Source: Tubulanus polymorphus
Lineage: Eukaryota > Animalia > Nemertea
NCBI RefSeq assembly: GCF_964204645.1
Contig: NC_134035.1
Location: forward strand, 6,843,101-6,907,100
Length of the DNA: 64,000 bases
Reading direction: 5' to 3'
Part shown: piece by piece, positions 12,301 through 25,600 of the stretch
Layout of the letters: each line of letters starts with the position of its first letter
Position numbering within the stretch: position 1 is the first letter of the stretch
Translations under genes and position numbers: made by a program
Notes under the pieces: model-generated
What the model was told of the DNA's origin: nothing
What the model saw: the letters and a program-made list of their open reading frames with translations, nothing else
Database searches by the model: none

Positions 12301-13411
12301 TTTTTTGCCCACTTGGGACTTTAGTCCCAGCGGGCTATTGCGTTCACTTTTCGTCCGTCGTCCGTTCGTCCATTCGTAGACGGAATCCAGTTATTTTGGG
12401 AAGTTTTGAAGATGCTTCAAGGTAATGTCTTGATATTTGGTTTATACATGTATCTACACTAGACACATCTTCAGCCCAAAAACTGGCCCTGTGAGAATCA
12501 AGATGGCCGACTGGCAGCCATTGTTGTTCGTCTAAATCAGCACTTTTTACACTTTTTGAACTTTTTGAGGGAAATTTTTAAGACACTCAAATCAATTACC
12601 TTGATCTTTCGTATATATTTGAATCCCCCAAGGGCCCATCACCATACAAAAAATTGGGTCGATCGGACTCAAGATGGCCGTCCTATGACCTTTTTAGTGC
12701 CCAAAAATGTCAATTTTTGCCCAAATTCTGTCCTGTAGCTTACTACTGGTTTGCCATTTCTCATTGCAATTTGTGCAGGGTATTCTTTGGAAAGGGATGT
12801 TTTATACCTGAGCCAGGTATTTTTGATCGACCATTTATGACGCAATTGGCGGCCATCTTGGTATCATCAGTACTCATTCATAGGTGGAAAAAAGTTTTTC
12901 CACATTATATTGATACCTAAACATATTTTGTTACCACAATCAATTGCAAAGTTGTAGCTCGTGACATCGTCTATGATTGTGGTGAGTTTTAAGGGCATTA
13001 GCTATTCTATCTGGTCACCAGGGGGCATTGGATAGTAGAATAACTTAGTATTTCCTTATTAGATTGGTACCTAGGCATATTTTGTTACCATGATCAATTG
13101 CACAGTTGTATTTTATGACATGTTCTATTATTGTTGTGAGTTTCAAGGTCATTGGGTTTTGCATATGGTCCCCTGGGGACATTGAATAGTAGAATTACTT
13201 CGTATTTCCATATTAAATAGGTAACGAGGCATATTTTCTTATCACAATCGATTACAAAATCGTAGCTGCTGACATGTTCTATGATTGTAGTGAGTTTCAA
13301 GGTCATTGGTTTTTGTATATGGTCACCAGACGGCGTTGAATATTGAAATTGTTAGATTGTTGAGCATTGGAAACCACTTCCCAAGTGGGCATGGTGTCCC
13401 TGGACCCCTAG
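12301..13411 (+). mobile_element. Complete Helentron-associated non-autonomous element (HINE/DINE-1-like), family A
   Basis: Inserted in a T-run, splitting transposase QQLK|KMIRS; 12-bp subterminal IRs GCCCACTTGGGA (12307) and TCCCAAGTGGGC (13379); 5' hairpin; (GTCC)n-like microsatellite; three ~150-bp tandem units; 3' stem-loop then CTAGTT. Confidence 0.88.
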
Positions 13412-14552
13412 TTTCAATTGTTGCATGTAATTTTCAAATCCAAAAGCGCTATAACTGTCAGGGTTACCAAGATTTCTGACGTCATGGCATAAATGAACAA
13501 GCCCATGCAAATTATATAGATATATCTCTGGTCCATACAGCACGGCAGTTTGCTTCACAAAGTAAACAAGCAGTTGACTTGCATAATCATTATGTTCAAG
13601 TGACAGAGTTGGAGATATTAAAATTCGTGTTGCAACTGTCAGACACAAAAAGTGTTCATATGAATCCTGTTTAAGGATGCCTTTTAAAACAAGTGGCCCT
13701 GTATACAACAAAAATTGGCGATCGTCTGTCGCTTTCCAGAATTACAGCTGCATGAGTGACCGTAACCTACGCTGGAAAATCTGAGTCGTAATAATGGCGG
13801 AGTTCTATCAAACGTGCGCCTATCACAGCACATTGTTGCATGGACATTTTAACTTGACGCTTTCCATCTCTCCACAGTAATAGCGACGCTTCATTCCCCC
13901 AGACAAACAAGATGCATATTATCCATCGGAAATGCATCCACCATATCAATATTTAGTTCTAAAAGCGAAGTGTCACCACGATGATGATCTTCTTGAGTCT
14001 GGTTTCTAAATGTTTCATTAGTTCTCAGTGTCAAATTATCAGGTCCAGGGGAAGTCATCCTACCATCCCACACACCACGTTACGTACACTTATCGCATCC
14101 ATTATAACCAGTATGCCCTATTATGCATTTAATAAATGCTTTTGCAGGTGCATCACATACAACAAACTTGCATTGACCTTTTAATGCCCTGTCATGCAAT
14201 ACAATTCCTTCCAGGATAACCTGCTCAAATTCTGCAACGAACTCCGATAAAAAATCAAGATTAAAAGGTTTCGAATTCCCGCATGTTAACACAGCTGGAA
14301 AAACTATGTACTGCCCGAAGTTTAAAATTGCACAAAGTACGGGCCTAAGCGACAGCTGAGAGCTCTTAAACAACGGCAAACCATCAACATTCACACCAAT
14401 TTCAATTGTTTCAATCAAATTTACATGATGCAGCGGCAATCTATTTAAAGTTTCTTTCAGTTGATCTTCAAAACCAAAGAAATGATAATGCATACCAGAA
14501 ATCTGTCTTAGCATGATAGAACGGATTGTTTTCATCAAGGTTCTTGCTGATC

Positions 14553-14832
14553 TAATAATAATAATAATAAACACGAATTTGTATAGCGCCTCTTTCCATG
14601 TCCCTGTGTACAAAGTTCAGCTGCGCTGTCAAACCTGATTATTATTACCCAGCTTCTGTTACCATTCCATAGCAGTCTTACTCTCCCTGGGGAGATACAA
14701 CACCGATCAGCAAATCACGATCAGGCGTCGTCAGCCAGTAGCAAGTGTGAATTAATGCCTTGCCTAAGGACACTACAGCATAGCCGGGGTTCGAACACTG
14801 GACATCTCGATTGAGAAGCCAACGCCTTAACC
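14553..14832 (-). mobile_element. tRNA-derived SINE with (ATT)n tail
   Basis: Minus strand: GGCGTGGCCTAAAGGTTAAGGCG (A box), GTTCGAACCCC (B box), GTGTCCTTAGGCAAGGCA core, GCGCTATACAAAT then (ATT)n; splits transposase HPNLP|RSARTL. Confidence 0.8.
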
Positions 14833-15420
14833 TTTAGGCCACGCCACTCCACAAGGAAGGTTTGGATGAGAATTTCGTTAAACATTCATCAATGCCTCAA
14901 GTGAATTTTGTCTGATATTGAATTCCACTGCCCATGAACATAAATTATCAACAATATCCATTTCATTTTCACTTTCAATGCTAGAGACCCGAGAGGAACT
15001 TTCCAAAAATGACGCCATGATTTTCATCAAAATCTATTTCACCATCAGCTAGGGAACTGCCAGTCAAATGCAGTTCATAATTACTAATTTCATTAACTGT
15101 ACTAGTTGTTAAGTTGCTATCATTTGGCTGGTATTGTTCCTCTAGGACATTGTGTTGGAGTACTAATGGTCATGGGTCAGAATCATTTTCAATATCGGAT
15201 ACTGATTCACTCGTCTCTCTACCATGACGTTCATCAGGCTGCACTACGGTCCTAAGTGACAAACGTCTAGCTTTCATGTAGTGACGGGAGTATTTCAGTC
15301 GTCTAATTTTACTTTCTGACATGACCAAACCCTAAAAATTAGTAACAGCCACATTGTACTACCAAGTGCAAAACTAGGACAGAGGAATCAACCAGATCAA
15401 AGCCCATGCCTTTGACCACT

Positions 15421-15754
15421 CAGGGTCCCTACAGATCAGTCATCCCAGAATTCAAGGACTCTTCAAGGCGAAAATTTCAAAATTCGAGGAGTGTATGCAT
15501 CACTTTCATATCCCAATAACTGTAGACTCCTCAATCGGTACTGTTTATCTCAGTAAACCATTTAATTTGGTGGAATCTGTGTGTATATAATAATAACAAG
15601 GCTTAAAACCTAAAGATTTTCTAATTGCAAATTTCTCAAAATTCAAGGAGCTTTCAAGGACTTTTTGGCATTTTGCTCAAATTAAAGGATATTCAAGGTC
15701 CTAGAAAAACAGTTTAGAGAACAGTTTAGGAATCAAGGACCTGTAGGGACCCTG
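15421..15754. mobile_element. hAT5-type MITE
   Basis: Perfect 14-bp TIRs CAGGGTCCCTACAG / CTGTAGGGACCCTG, 5-bp TSD CCACT, internal TTCAAGG repeats. Confidence 0.88.
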
Positions 15755-15949
15755 CCACTCTAACTTTTTGTGGTTGGAGATCGAGTTAATTCAATTTAAC
15801 CAAATTTGGAATGGAGCCAAAGATCGGGGCGGTGTTGAGGAGAAACTACAACAGCCCAAAGGACCAGCCGTCACATTTGCATAAATTATAAATGATGCAA
15901 TCTGTAGGTTACATTTTTCAAAATAAACTTCCCGCTCAATACAATTTAC

Positions 15950-16362
15950 ACAGCAAAACCAGGTTTTATAAGTAGCACAGATGGCAGAAAGGAACCTCGG
16001 ATTTATATTTTCCCTTCATCTCATTGTTCGATTGCAGAATGAAATCGAATTTTATTTGATGTAATTTTGTTCAATAAAATAAAATTGAATTGGATTTGAT
16101 TTTTTTCGTTGTTCAATAATCAATTTTAACTGGATTCTAGATCATTTTGCAGAATATGGCTAATTAGCATGTCAAGGTCATCCATCTGATATGAGAAAAA
16201 GCCATTTTTCCCGAAATTTGCGCAAATTGTAAAGAATAAATTTCTCCCAAAAACCAAATCAATTTCACAGAAATCGATTGAAATACATCTCAAAATCTTA
16301 GAATAAAACCCGGATATAAAACAGTAGACAATACTGCAGGTCCACATGAACGCCTGCTGAAT
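15950..16362 (-). repeat. Internal fragment of Helentron-type family B
   Basis: Reverse complement of about 56505-56965. Confidence 0.7.
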
Positions 16363-18432
16363 CAAGGTTCCTACAATTCCTGGTATCCGGAATTCAAGGA
16401 TTTTTTAAGGAGTAATTTTCGAAATTCAAGGAGGTTTTCGTGGTCATATATAAGGAAAAAAAGTCGAAAATTCAAAAACAAAATCCACGTTTTTCACAAA
16501 TTTAGATCAGTTGTTGTGTGTGCCGTTTTGGTTTTTACATGTTTAAATGTTTTTAATCTCACAATGGCGCCCGTCTCTGCCGATTTGGCGCACGTCAATG
16601 GTGCAGCGCTAGCGGCCTTGTTCAGCGGCGTCGCCTATTTGTCCAATGGAATTCTACAGCATTCATATCATTCATACCCAAAATCACCTATATAACATAA
16701 CGAATCCCATACTACACTAATGAAAGTCATAACTGAGTTTTTAAATCCTTAAGTTCTCCTTCAACAGTAGATAGTTCGCTCTCTTTTTGAACTGCATGCC
16801 TTCGGAAGGCATTAGATTGCATCAATAACGACATTGCATTTTTCGCTTCCGCATCAGTAGCATGTTTATCGGCCTTATTTTTAAGTTGCTTATATCATAT
16901 TCAAGACGTCGTTTCTTGGTAACTAATTCACTTATATCACTTTCAAGTCTCTTTCATTTGTTGCCTCTTTCGCTCGCATCTTTCTTTCTCTTCTCTTCTA
17001 AATATATGTTGTACATATTTCTCGCTGAACTACAGCTCGCGACAAGTTCTTTAGAAACTACACAATTTTCGATACCACCAACAGCGCGTAGGTGATCATT
17101 GACTATCCACTCCGATACAAGTGTCTTTTCACTTAGATTTGTCCGAGTGACCTAAAAAAATCAAAGATCATGTTAGTATCTGAGCATCATATTGTATTTT
17201 TCTTCATAAGTCTGATATGATATAGCTGTTTTAATAAATTTTTTATCAATAAAGCAAATAATCTTTGGTTGTTCCTAGGCACCTACTCAGTTCTTGGGAT
17301 TAATATATTACAAACCCCCATATCTCATCATTTCAAACGATCATCTTATCTACTCACCCAGTAAACATGTCAATGTTATTACAATGTTAATGAAATGTTA
17401 AATCCTGATATTGAATTAAAGTTGATTTTTGGGTGTATAAGTAAGTTGTGACAACCAACATTACTACAACATTCATCAATTCGCACATCGATTCAATGTC
17501 GACATGGTAACCATCTCCTCATGATGTAGATTCAACATTCATACACCAACATTAAACAAACGTTACTCCGACATCAATACAAAGTATTAAGATTCATATG
17601 AACTAAAATTAAAATTTATTGTTGAAAACCTGTAAAAATAAAATCATATAAAAGACATACTGTCTGATTACAATATTGACTGATCACAGAACTATGGGCC
17701 AACAATTCAGTGGCTTTCAGTGCTTTTTTTAGCAAAATCGAACCAGCCGAATCTGGATTTCAGCTTAATCTAGAAATGATTGGCGAGATCAAATGTTTAA
17801 AATATTTTGAAATCTTAAATCTCTCTTTTTTACAAGAGATATAAATGCTTCAAATACCATTAGGGCATATTCACAATCTCTGAAATGTAAAGAAACTGCT
17901 TTATACATATATCAAGAAAATGCACAGTTAGAGTCAGTGGTGTGTCCACAGGCTAGGAGTATTCAATGAATAGGTCCAAGAGTAGATCACTGAGTGCACT
18001 AGATAAGAAATTTTTAAAACTTTCACAAAACATAAAAAATTCTTTTCAAAGAAAATTCTTTATCTCAATATGAAACTCTCTCTTAAATGTGTAAATTTGC
18101 CACCAAACAAGCCACCTTAAAACTCCGAAATCTCAAATGAAGAACATATACAATATAAGACAATTGAGTATACTGCGCGTGAAACCGTCGTGAACTGTTC
18201 GTGAGCTTAATGTGTGAACTAGTCGTTTGAACAGTACCAGTTCGTGCCCCAAAATATCAGGACACTGCAAGTCTCAGGCCTGCTTTAAATAGAAAGAATT
18301 AGGCAATATCAAATGAATCTCTTATTCATGAGAAACCAACCTAAGAAATGAAAATAACCATATAAATTTACCGGTAAGCTGAAGGGAAGGCCGACTCAAT
18401 GACTCAATGATGTCGTTCATTCATTTCCTTAA

Positions 18433-18681
18433 TAGTGGCGCTACTAATCTTGTATTTTGAAAAGCGCCCTCACCGTTAGCGAGAGAACAAAAGATTTGGG
18501 GGTAATATTCCATGAAATTTCCTCAATAGAAGCCGTTACTATAGTGTCGTTCACCATTTATATTGGTATTAGAACTAACACATATGAGAAGAAGAATTTG
18601 TCTTTCACACAGGTCTAATTCTATTGTTTTATCGCTACCAGTGAGGGCGCTGTCAAAATATAAGATTAGTAGCGCACCACT
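18433..18681. mobile_element. MITE-like element with ~50-bp imperfect inverted repeats
   Basis: AGTGGCGCTACTAATCTTGTATTTTGA.AAGCGCCCTCAC versus GTGAGGGCGCT.TCAAAATATAAGATTAGTAGCGCACCACT. Confidence 0.6.
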
Positions 18682-19099
18682 GAGAGAGTTGGCTTTCCCT
18701 TTAGCTAATAGTTCTATGAAATAACATAATATTCTAAAAATTACCAACAACAAATGAAATTATACAAGATTTCCAAGATTAGCAGGAAGGCAGAACCATA
18801 TAGATGAACAAAATCTCCCCGACTTAGGCTGCAATTACATAGGAAGACACTCTACACTGGACACTCTAGACTTGCTTATACGGTACGCTTAGGAGTAGTA
18901 TACATAGGCTCTATGTATACAGAATATTATGTTTTTTTCTATCATCTATTCTAAATGCCAAACAAAATTAGAAATTGTTTATCATTTTCAAAATATTGCG
19001 AGACATGTTTTGAAACAAATTATAGATAAACATTTTGATTTATCAAAACTTTAAGTTTTTATTCCCATTAATGCGAATGTCGTTAATATCAGGGGGACG

Positions 19100-19345
19100 C
19101 TGAATATGCCAGAACAGAATTATCCAGAAACAGAAATAGCACTACCTGATTCAGTCAGAATATCTGATTTCGGATAATGTCAGAAAATGTACAATTGGAA
19201 TTTGCCAGAATCTGAAAATGACAGATCGCACAAACTGGAATTAGTCAGAAAATTCCTTCACTGGAATAAGTCAGAAGATACACAGTTAGAATTTGCCAGA
19301 AACTGAAATTGCCAGAATATATAGAACGGAATTTGTCAGAATATT
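19100..19345 (+). repeat. Degenerate minisatellite built on GAAT(T/A)NG(T/C)CAGAA
   Basis: About ten spaced occurrences of TGCCAGAA/GTCAGAA. Confidence 0.65.
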
Positions 19346-19659
19346 TCGTTGGTCATTTATACGTAAATTATTTACTAATATACGTATTATTTATACTAAT
19401 ATTACGTATAATGGTCAAATATATGGAATCTTTGCCATATAAGCCAAAAAATAAAGGGATTAACTGTTTCGCTTTACACGAGTATTTCGTATAACTACAT
19501 GGTGCCTTAAACTTCTAATTCCATGTAAACAGGTATTGCATAAAAAGAAGTTTGTTCCAACTTACACGCGTATAGGTGGCATCGTGTCCAGTATACCGTG
19601 TAGAGTGTCATCCTATGTAACTTCAGCCTTAAGGATACTACATGTATTTACAAAAAATA

Positions 19660-22600
19660 TTACTTTCTACCACCCCCTCCACGGCGGTCAGGAGCATATC
19701 TTAAGTACGTGGCAATTGCATCCCGGATTTCAAATTCCGTCGCACCATATTCCTGAAGAGCAGCATCTGAAATAGTAAAAAAAGAGACTCCTCAGGAATT
19801 ATGGCATTGAAAATATGCTTTTAATACGTAACTGAATATCATTGTCGCTTTCAAAAATGAACTGCTTAAATTAAACTAGATTGCGTATGAGGAATAAAGA
19901 TGACTGCTGAACGTTTTTTAACATGACATTGTTCCAGTAGTAGTAAACATCTGGAGACTTACATTCATCGCTTTCAGAATCAAAGGGGTTACTAAAAATG
20001 GTCACAATTTAGTTTCATCCGGCTCACATCTCAAATAAATATGCCTATTTTCAGAGTCCAACATAGTCAAGTCGAGAGAAATTATTTCAGAATCAATGTA
20101 ATAATAATAATAATAATGATAATAATAATTCATTTTCTTATATAGCGCAGATCTATAGAATAATCGCTGCGCTTTATGTGCCTATCAATCAATTAATGAC
20201 CGCAATGGTAATTGCTTGGGGCGCTGTTTAAGTACTTTACCAGTTGAGCAAGAGTATAACTATTACATACCTCTCACTACTATATATATCTGCAAATTTT
20301 CAAAGACCAGCTTTCCCTTTGATCCTTGAAGGGAAAACTCGGCCATAAGCTTGTTTGACATGAGCCTTAAAATAGAATTTTACAAACATAAAGACATATA
20401 GGCCCTACCAATCCAGGGTCTATCTATAGTGAGAATACTGGGGAGAAGAATTTCTTGGCTAATAAAAAAATTTAGAGATTACAAATATCAACATATGTGA
20501 ATTTTCTTCATAAATAAGATTATTATATGTTTGAATAAATATAGTAATAAATTCGATGTACACTACCACTTTGAATGTCTTGCAGAAATTTTTCAGTGAA
20601 ATTAACACCTAAGCCGCGGTCACACGGAAACTATTTGGCTCGAGCCAAACTGGCACCGACCAGGCGCGAGCCAAATTTGACAAATATCTAAGAGCGTTCA
20701 CCCGTAAATCTGCAGTTGGTTCCGAAATTCAGAGCAATTATCCAAATTACACATTCATTGCTGTCAGGACAATAGAATAATCTTGCGTTGAGATGTTTAT
20801 CACTGATAAGACAATGGCCTGGCACCAATTAGCATTCACACAGAACCGTTCCAAAAGTAGGCTCGGGCCTGGTCCGACGTTTTTAATCGGGCCAAATTTG
20901 GCTCGTGCCTTTTAGATTCCAGCCTGTTTTTCACTCGTGTGAACGCTTGTCTCGGGCCAATTCTGGCTCAAGCCAAATAAGGCTGGGGCCAAACATGCTT
21001 GTGTGACCGCTAGGGTGTGTAAGAGCAGGGACACTTCTAGTGTCCCTGCTATTAAAGAGTGATGATTAAATCTATTTAGTCAATCCTTTTTAAAGTAGTT
21101 ATAGTTTTCAACACTTACTTTTGCATAACTCGACGTATGAAATCTCCAAAGTTTGTACCACCATAGGCCTTTATTTGTTGCGTCTGAAAATAAATTTTAA
21201 GATCATGTTTAAGTAAATTAAAAAAAGATGTTCATGTTTTTTATATATTATCTAATAAGCAGTATCAATTGAAAGTTAATTGATTTACCAGTAATTTAAT
21301 TTATGAAACGTGAGTAACAGATGAAACCTACCAACTGTTGACGGAAATTGTCATCGTCTAATTTTTCTTCTAGATCTTGTAAAGATTCTAATGTATCCAT
21401 GGTATTTATCGTTGGTAGCGATGGATGATTAGCCCGATTTAACACTCTCTCAACAAGCCCTCTAATATCCGTCAGGCTATGCAGAACCTTTCTCTGGAAC
21501 TCTACAAAAATTCAATGAAAAATGTAAGGATGCGTAGTACATCAGACACACAATGGACAAAATTATATCTTATTAGTTGCGTTTTCAGGTAGAATTCAAT
21601 AAGGGATCTAGACAACATGTTTCTATTATTATTTTTACATTAAAAATTTCATATTTTGATTAACTTTCACTACGCCTAAGTTTTTATGCTTTTCATTTCC
21701 TATCTAAAATAAATATTCAGCATCCAGTATAACTTCGTTGGAAATAGGAAACAAAGTACATTTTTTGAGTTCAAAGTCCATAATTAGAAAGGGAACGATA
21801 GAAGAGGATAGGTTCTACTTGATTAACCAAAACTATTTGTTTTTTTTTTTTTTTTAGATCCAATTGTACTTCCACCAGCACCAAAAATTCCGAAATTAAT
21901 TAGAGTATCACATAGATCATTTTCATCTAAAAAGAAGACAGATTTGTCGCCACAGTCAGAAAGATCATCGTTCCAAAGTAATACACGTTTACAGTTTATA
22001 TGAAAATCTTGCAATGTAAATTTAATAAATCCTGTTATTGACCTAGATTGATGATGAGATAGAATCTCAATCAAACTTCGACTTACAGGTAAGTCTCGTT
22101 TAATTTAATAATTACAACACAGCTTTTTGATTATCAAAATTGAGACTAAAAACTAAACTACTTACTAAGTAAACAAACTACTTACTTGCATCTGACAGAG
22201 GAAATCTATCGTCAAGCACTGGACTTGAACTTGAAGTAGATGGCAAACATCTTGGCTTGGTAGATGGTGATGGGGAACGGGTCCCAGATGGCGATGGGGA
22301 ACGTGTCACAGATGATTGAAGTGGTATCTTAAATGTTTCTGATGATGGTGATTGCAGCTTCGAATCAGCCTTTTTGAGTTTCGACATAAATGCGTAATGT
22401 GGTTCCTTTAATTGAGCCGGATTAGGAACTAAAAATAAATTGAGAGGAGATAAATTCAAATTAGTTGACATACTATTTATCATTCACCTGACCAACTAAT
22501 AATGAAGCATAGGTAACTTTAAGTTCTGTTTCTTTGATTAAATGACAATTTATAAAAGAAGAATGTGACAGACTAAAGCCTTAACACACAATTCAAATGT

Positions 22601-25600
22601 ATACACAATATAAAAACTCAAACTTTACCACTATATGGTAGCGTTAATGGGGCATGTGATGCAAATTATACTGCATGAATCTCTGAGGACATGTCTAAGC
22701 CTTAAAATTTAGTTTTTTGGTATGTTTTTAACAGGATTTATTAAATTTACATTGCAAGATTTTCATATAAACTGTAAACGTGTATTACTTTGGAACGATG
22801 ATCTTTCTGACTGTGGCGACAAATCTGTCTTCTTTTTAGATGAAAATAATCTATGTGATACTCTAATTAATTTCGGAATTTTTGGTGCTGGTGGAAGTAC
22901 AATTGGATCTAAAAAAAAAAAAAAAAAAACAAAAAGTTCTTGACATTCTACGCAACAAACCAGGATCCTCAGATTATTGAGGATTACCCCTTACAGACCG
23001 ATACATTTCTATTTTCATTCTGGAATAAAACATTGTGACATATTAAATTTTTCTAAGATGCAGTGAATTCCATTAAATTAGAGCAAAATAACTAAAAGCT
23101 TGCTTTCTAACTTTCGCTTTGGGATTAAATATATATCAACAAAATAAGTTTCTAATTAAGTCAATTTACCCACCGTTATCATCATCCTCTAACTCAGTAT
23201 CTGTATCTGAACCCTCTTCTAAAGGCTGCTTCGGATCTAAATTGAGAAAAAATACTTTAGTTTTAACTCACCAAGAACTCCAGCTGTGCCAAACAAAGCC
23301 ATCCAGCTCCAAAGTGCGAAGTGAGTTTCGTCTTTCTCAGTTTCAACAGACCATCGATAGATATCATGTATGACTAAGAAAAAGCCAAGAAGTATGAACT
23401 TTAAAATACAGTTAAATTTCCAAAGGTTATCCTTTCTATCCCTTTTTTATCTCAAAGTGCGAATTCCAAATTCCCTATCTGCAGAGTTTTGGTTTCATTT
23501 CAGTATGCCATTATTAAAAATAAATATAGGGTGATCACCCAAGCTTGTAAAATGAATTTGACAGTAGAGTCGAAATAAATCATCAATGGAAAAATTATGA
23601 AAAAGAACTGTGTTGCACTTTGCACATGAATAAAATAGCAGCTCGTTCGAGTGTAACCCGTTAAAGATTAATTAACTCAAATGTAACAGTTTCGTCTGAG
23701 GATATAAACCTTTTAGGATAAATATGGACACATAATGAAATACGATTATATAATGATTAAGACTTTCTTATGTTTTCAAATAAATTTCAGCTGCAACGTT
23801 TAATTCAGAGTTAACCTACTACGGTAGTTGTCCAATCATAAGACTAATAGGGCAAAACCTGATAACATTACTGACCATACAGAGTCAATAGAAAGCCAAA
23901 ATTATGGCAAAAATTGGCTAGATTTTCAATTTGGAATACAATTTTGACAAGGGGTTAGACACACCATAACCAATGGAAATTACTAATTCATGACAAGACC
24001 AACTCACTGGCTTTGTTCTCTGTTACTTCAAATGAAGAGATAAAATCTGGATCTTCCTTTTTTTTTCGTTTCCGCACATCCAATTCAGATTCAGATGTGT
24101 CCTCATCCATATCACAGACTGATTTGTCATCTGCAAAAATATGAAGAGCTATCAGTACTAATAATGTCAATTATATTTTGGCAGAGGGGTCAGCATATTG
24201 GATGATATTTGTCCTATTTTCTTGACACATGTGTAGCATAGTGGTCTATCCACATTAAGCTCAGTTGAATACTACTTTTACCACTGAAAGTAGTTTCCAT
24301 GTAGGGGTCAAGGGGTGTATAAACAAAGATGCCTGCCATTTACATAATATGTCAACTAATATAGGCCATCATTTTTATTGTAACAAGCCAATTTAAGGAA
24401 AGGATTAAGTTAATGACCAGACAGTAGGAAGTAATAGTGACTCAAAATTATGTTTACCTGATTTGACTTTGATTTTCACTAACTTGAATTTTCTCCATTT
24501 ACTATTCGGAGTCTGTTTTTGATCCATAGCCTTTTCAGCATTGACTCCAGGGGGCCACATTACCGAGCCATCTACAATCCATGAGTCTGGGATGACACCG
24601 GATACCTCTTTTATCCCCTCAACCCACACAGCCTTAACCCACTGAAATGGAAAGGTTAAGAACTTAATGTGTACATTCAGGGTTCAATCTATAAGCAATT
24701 TGTGGTGTTACATTCTTAAAACTTAACAGCAATTAAAGTTATTGTTAGGCTACTTATCAAACAACATGAAGCTCTAAGAAGATAAACCCACAATTTTGAG
24801 AATTAACATCTAATTTCTCAGACATCTGATGAATTATTTGTTAAAACTCAATTTATCGTAGGTTTGTCTTCTTAGATCTTTCTTTTATTAACCAAGTTAA
24901 TTTGGTTATTTCTACATGAAGTTTCCTTAGCACTTCTATGATCAAATCTTAAATTCAACATGAACCTCAATGTTGATAGGTGTAACATACAGTAGGCTAA
25001 ACCCCCGATATGCCGCCCTTCTTAATATAGCCACCCTGCCTACCGCCAGGTTTTTTCTCTATGTACCTGCCTATGTATTACTGGCCAAAACACCCATGAT
25101 AAACTATTGTATACCACCAAAATCATTCTGCACCAATTTGGACATTATATCGAGGGTTGACTGTAGTAACAATGACATGTGGTCCTAACCAACAACCAGA
25201 CCACATTGGAGCTTATAAAACCAAATATGCACTAACCACAAAGAAAGTAGAATGTTTAACCCCCATGCAGCAGAGGAAAGATGACATATCCATCATTGAA
25301 AGGCAAACAAACAGCTTTGCTATTGAGTTGCTCTTTATCAACCAATCTTCTATGACATATTCGTTCAATACGCTGCACAAAAAAGATGTCCACAATGCAA
25401 GATTCATAAGGTTCATCATAAAAGTTGTCCATATGTTGACATTTCACTATATCACAAACGTAGCCATTTGGATTCCATTCTTTAACAAAAGCATATTCAC
25501 TGGGGTTTAGACGAAACGCACTGTCTTTATCATCATTAGCTATCCTAAATCCACAGATTTTTTTCGAAAACAAAGTTGTATTGTTCTGTTCAGCCTCTTT

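Larger units (their letters stand above)
9860..15335 (-). mobile_element. Degenerate EnSpm/CMC-type transposon (transposase plus DUF4806-like exon relics), interrupted by a Helentron-type element and a SINE
   Basis: Pieces 14080-14613, 13891-14073, 13352-13711 and 11899-12312 are collinear with the intact transposase at 25256-27172 (NVDGLPLFKSS, CDAPAKAF, FPMDNMHL, YNLHGLVHL, SAFGFENY). Downstream exon-like relics: CAYWPYTDP..EPD near 11090-11200, KRKRKLPPRF near 10640, PVLPKPPP near 10250. No TIRs found. Confidence 0.85.

Noticed and set aside
19100-19345. CRISPR-like array
   Set aside because: Short degenerate motifs, irregular related spacers, eukaryotic context, no cas genes.
21823-22943. 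Twin ORFs 21823-22074 and 22722-22943 with poly-A tails, suggesting a retroposed SINE or Sm-site snRNA
   Set aside because: The poly-A is the poly-T acceptor tract of an exon on the opposite strand; the ORFs are antisense shadows.
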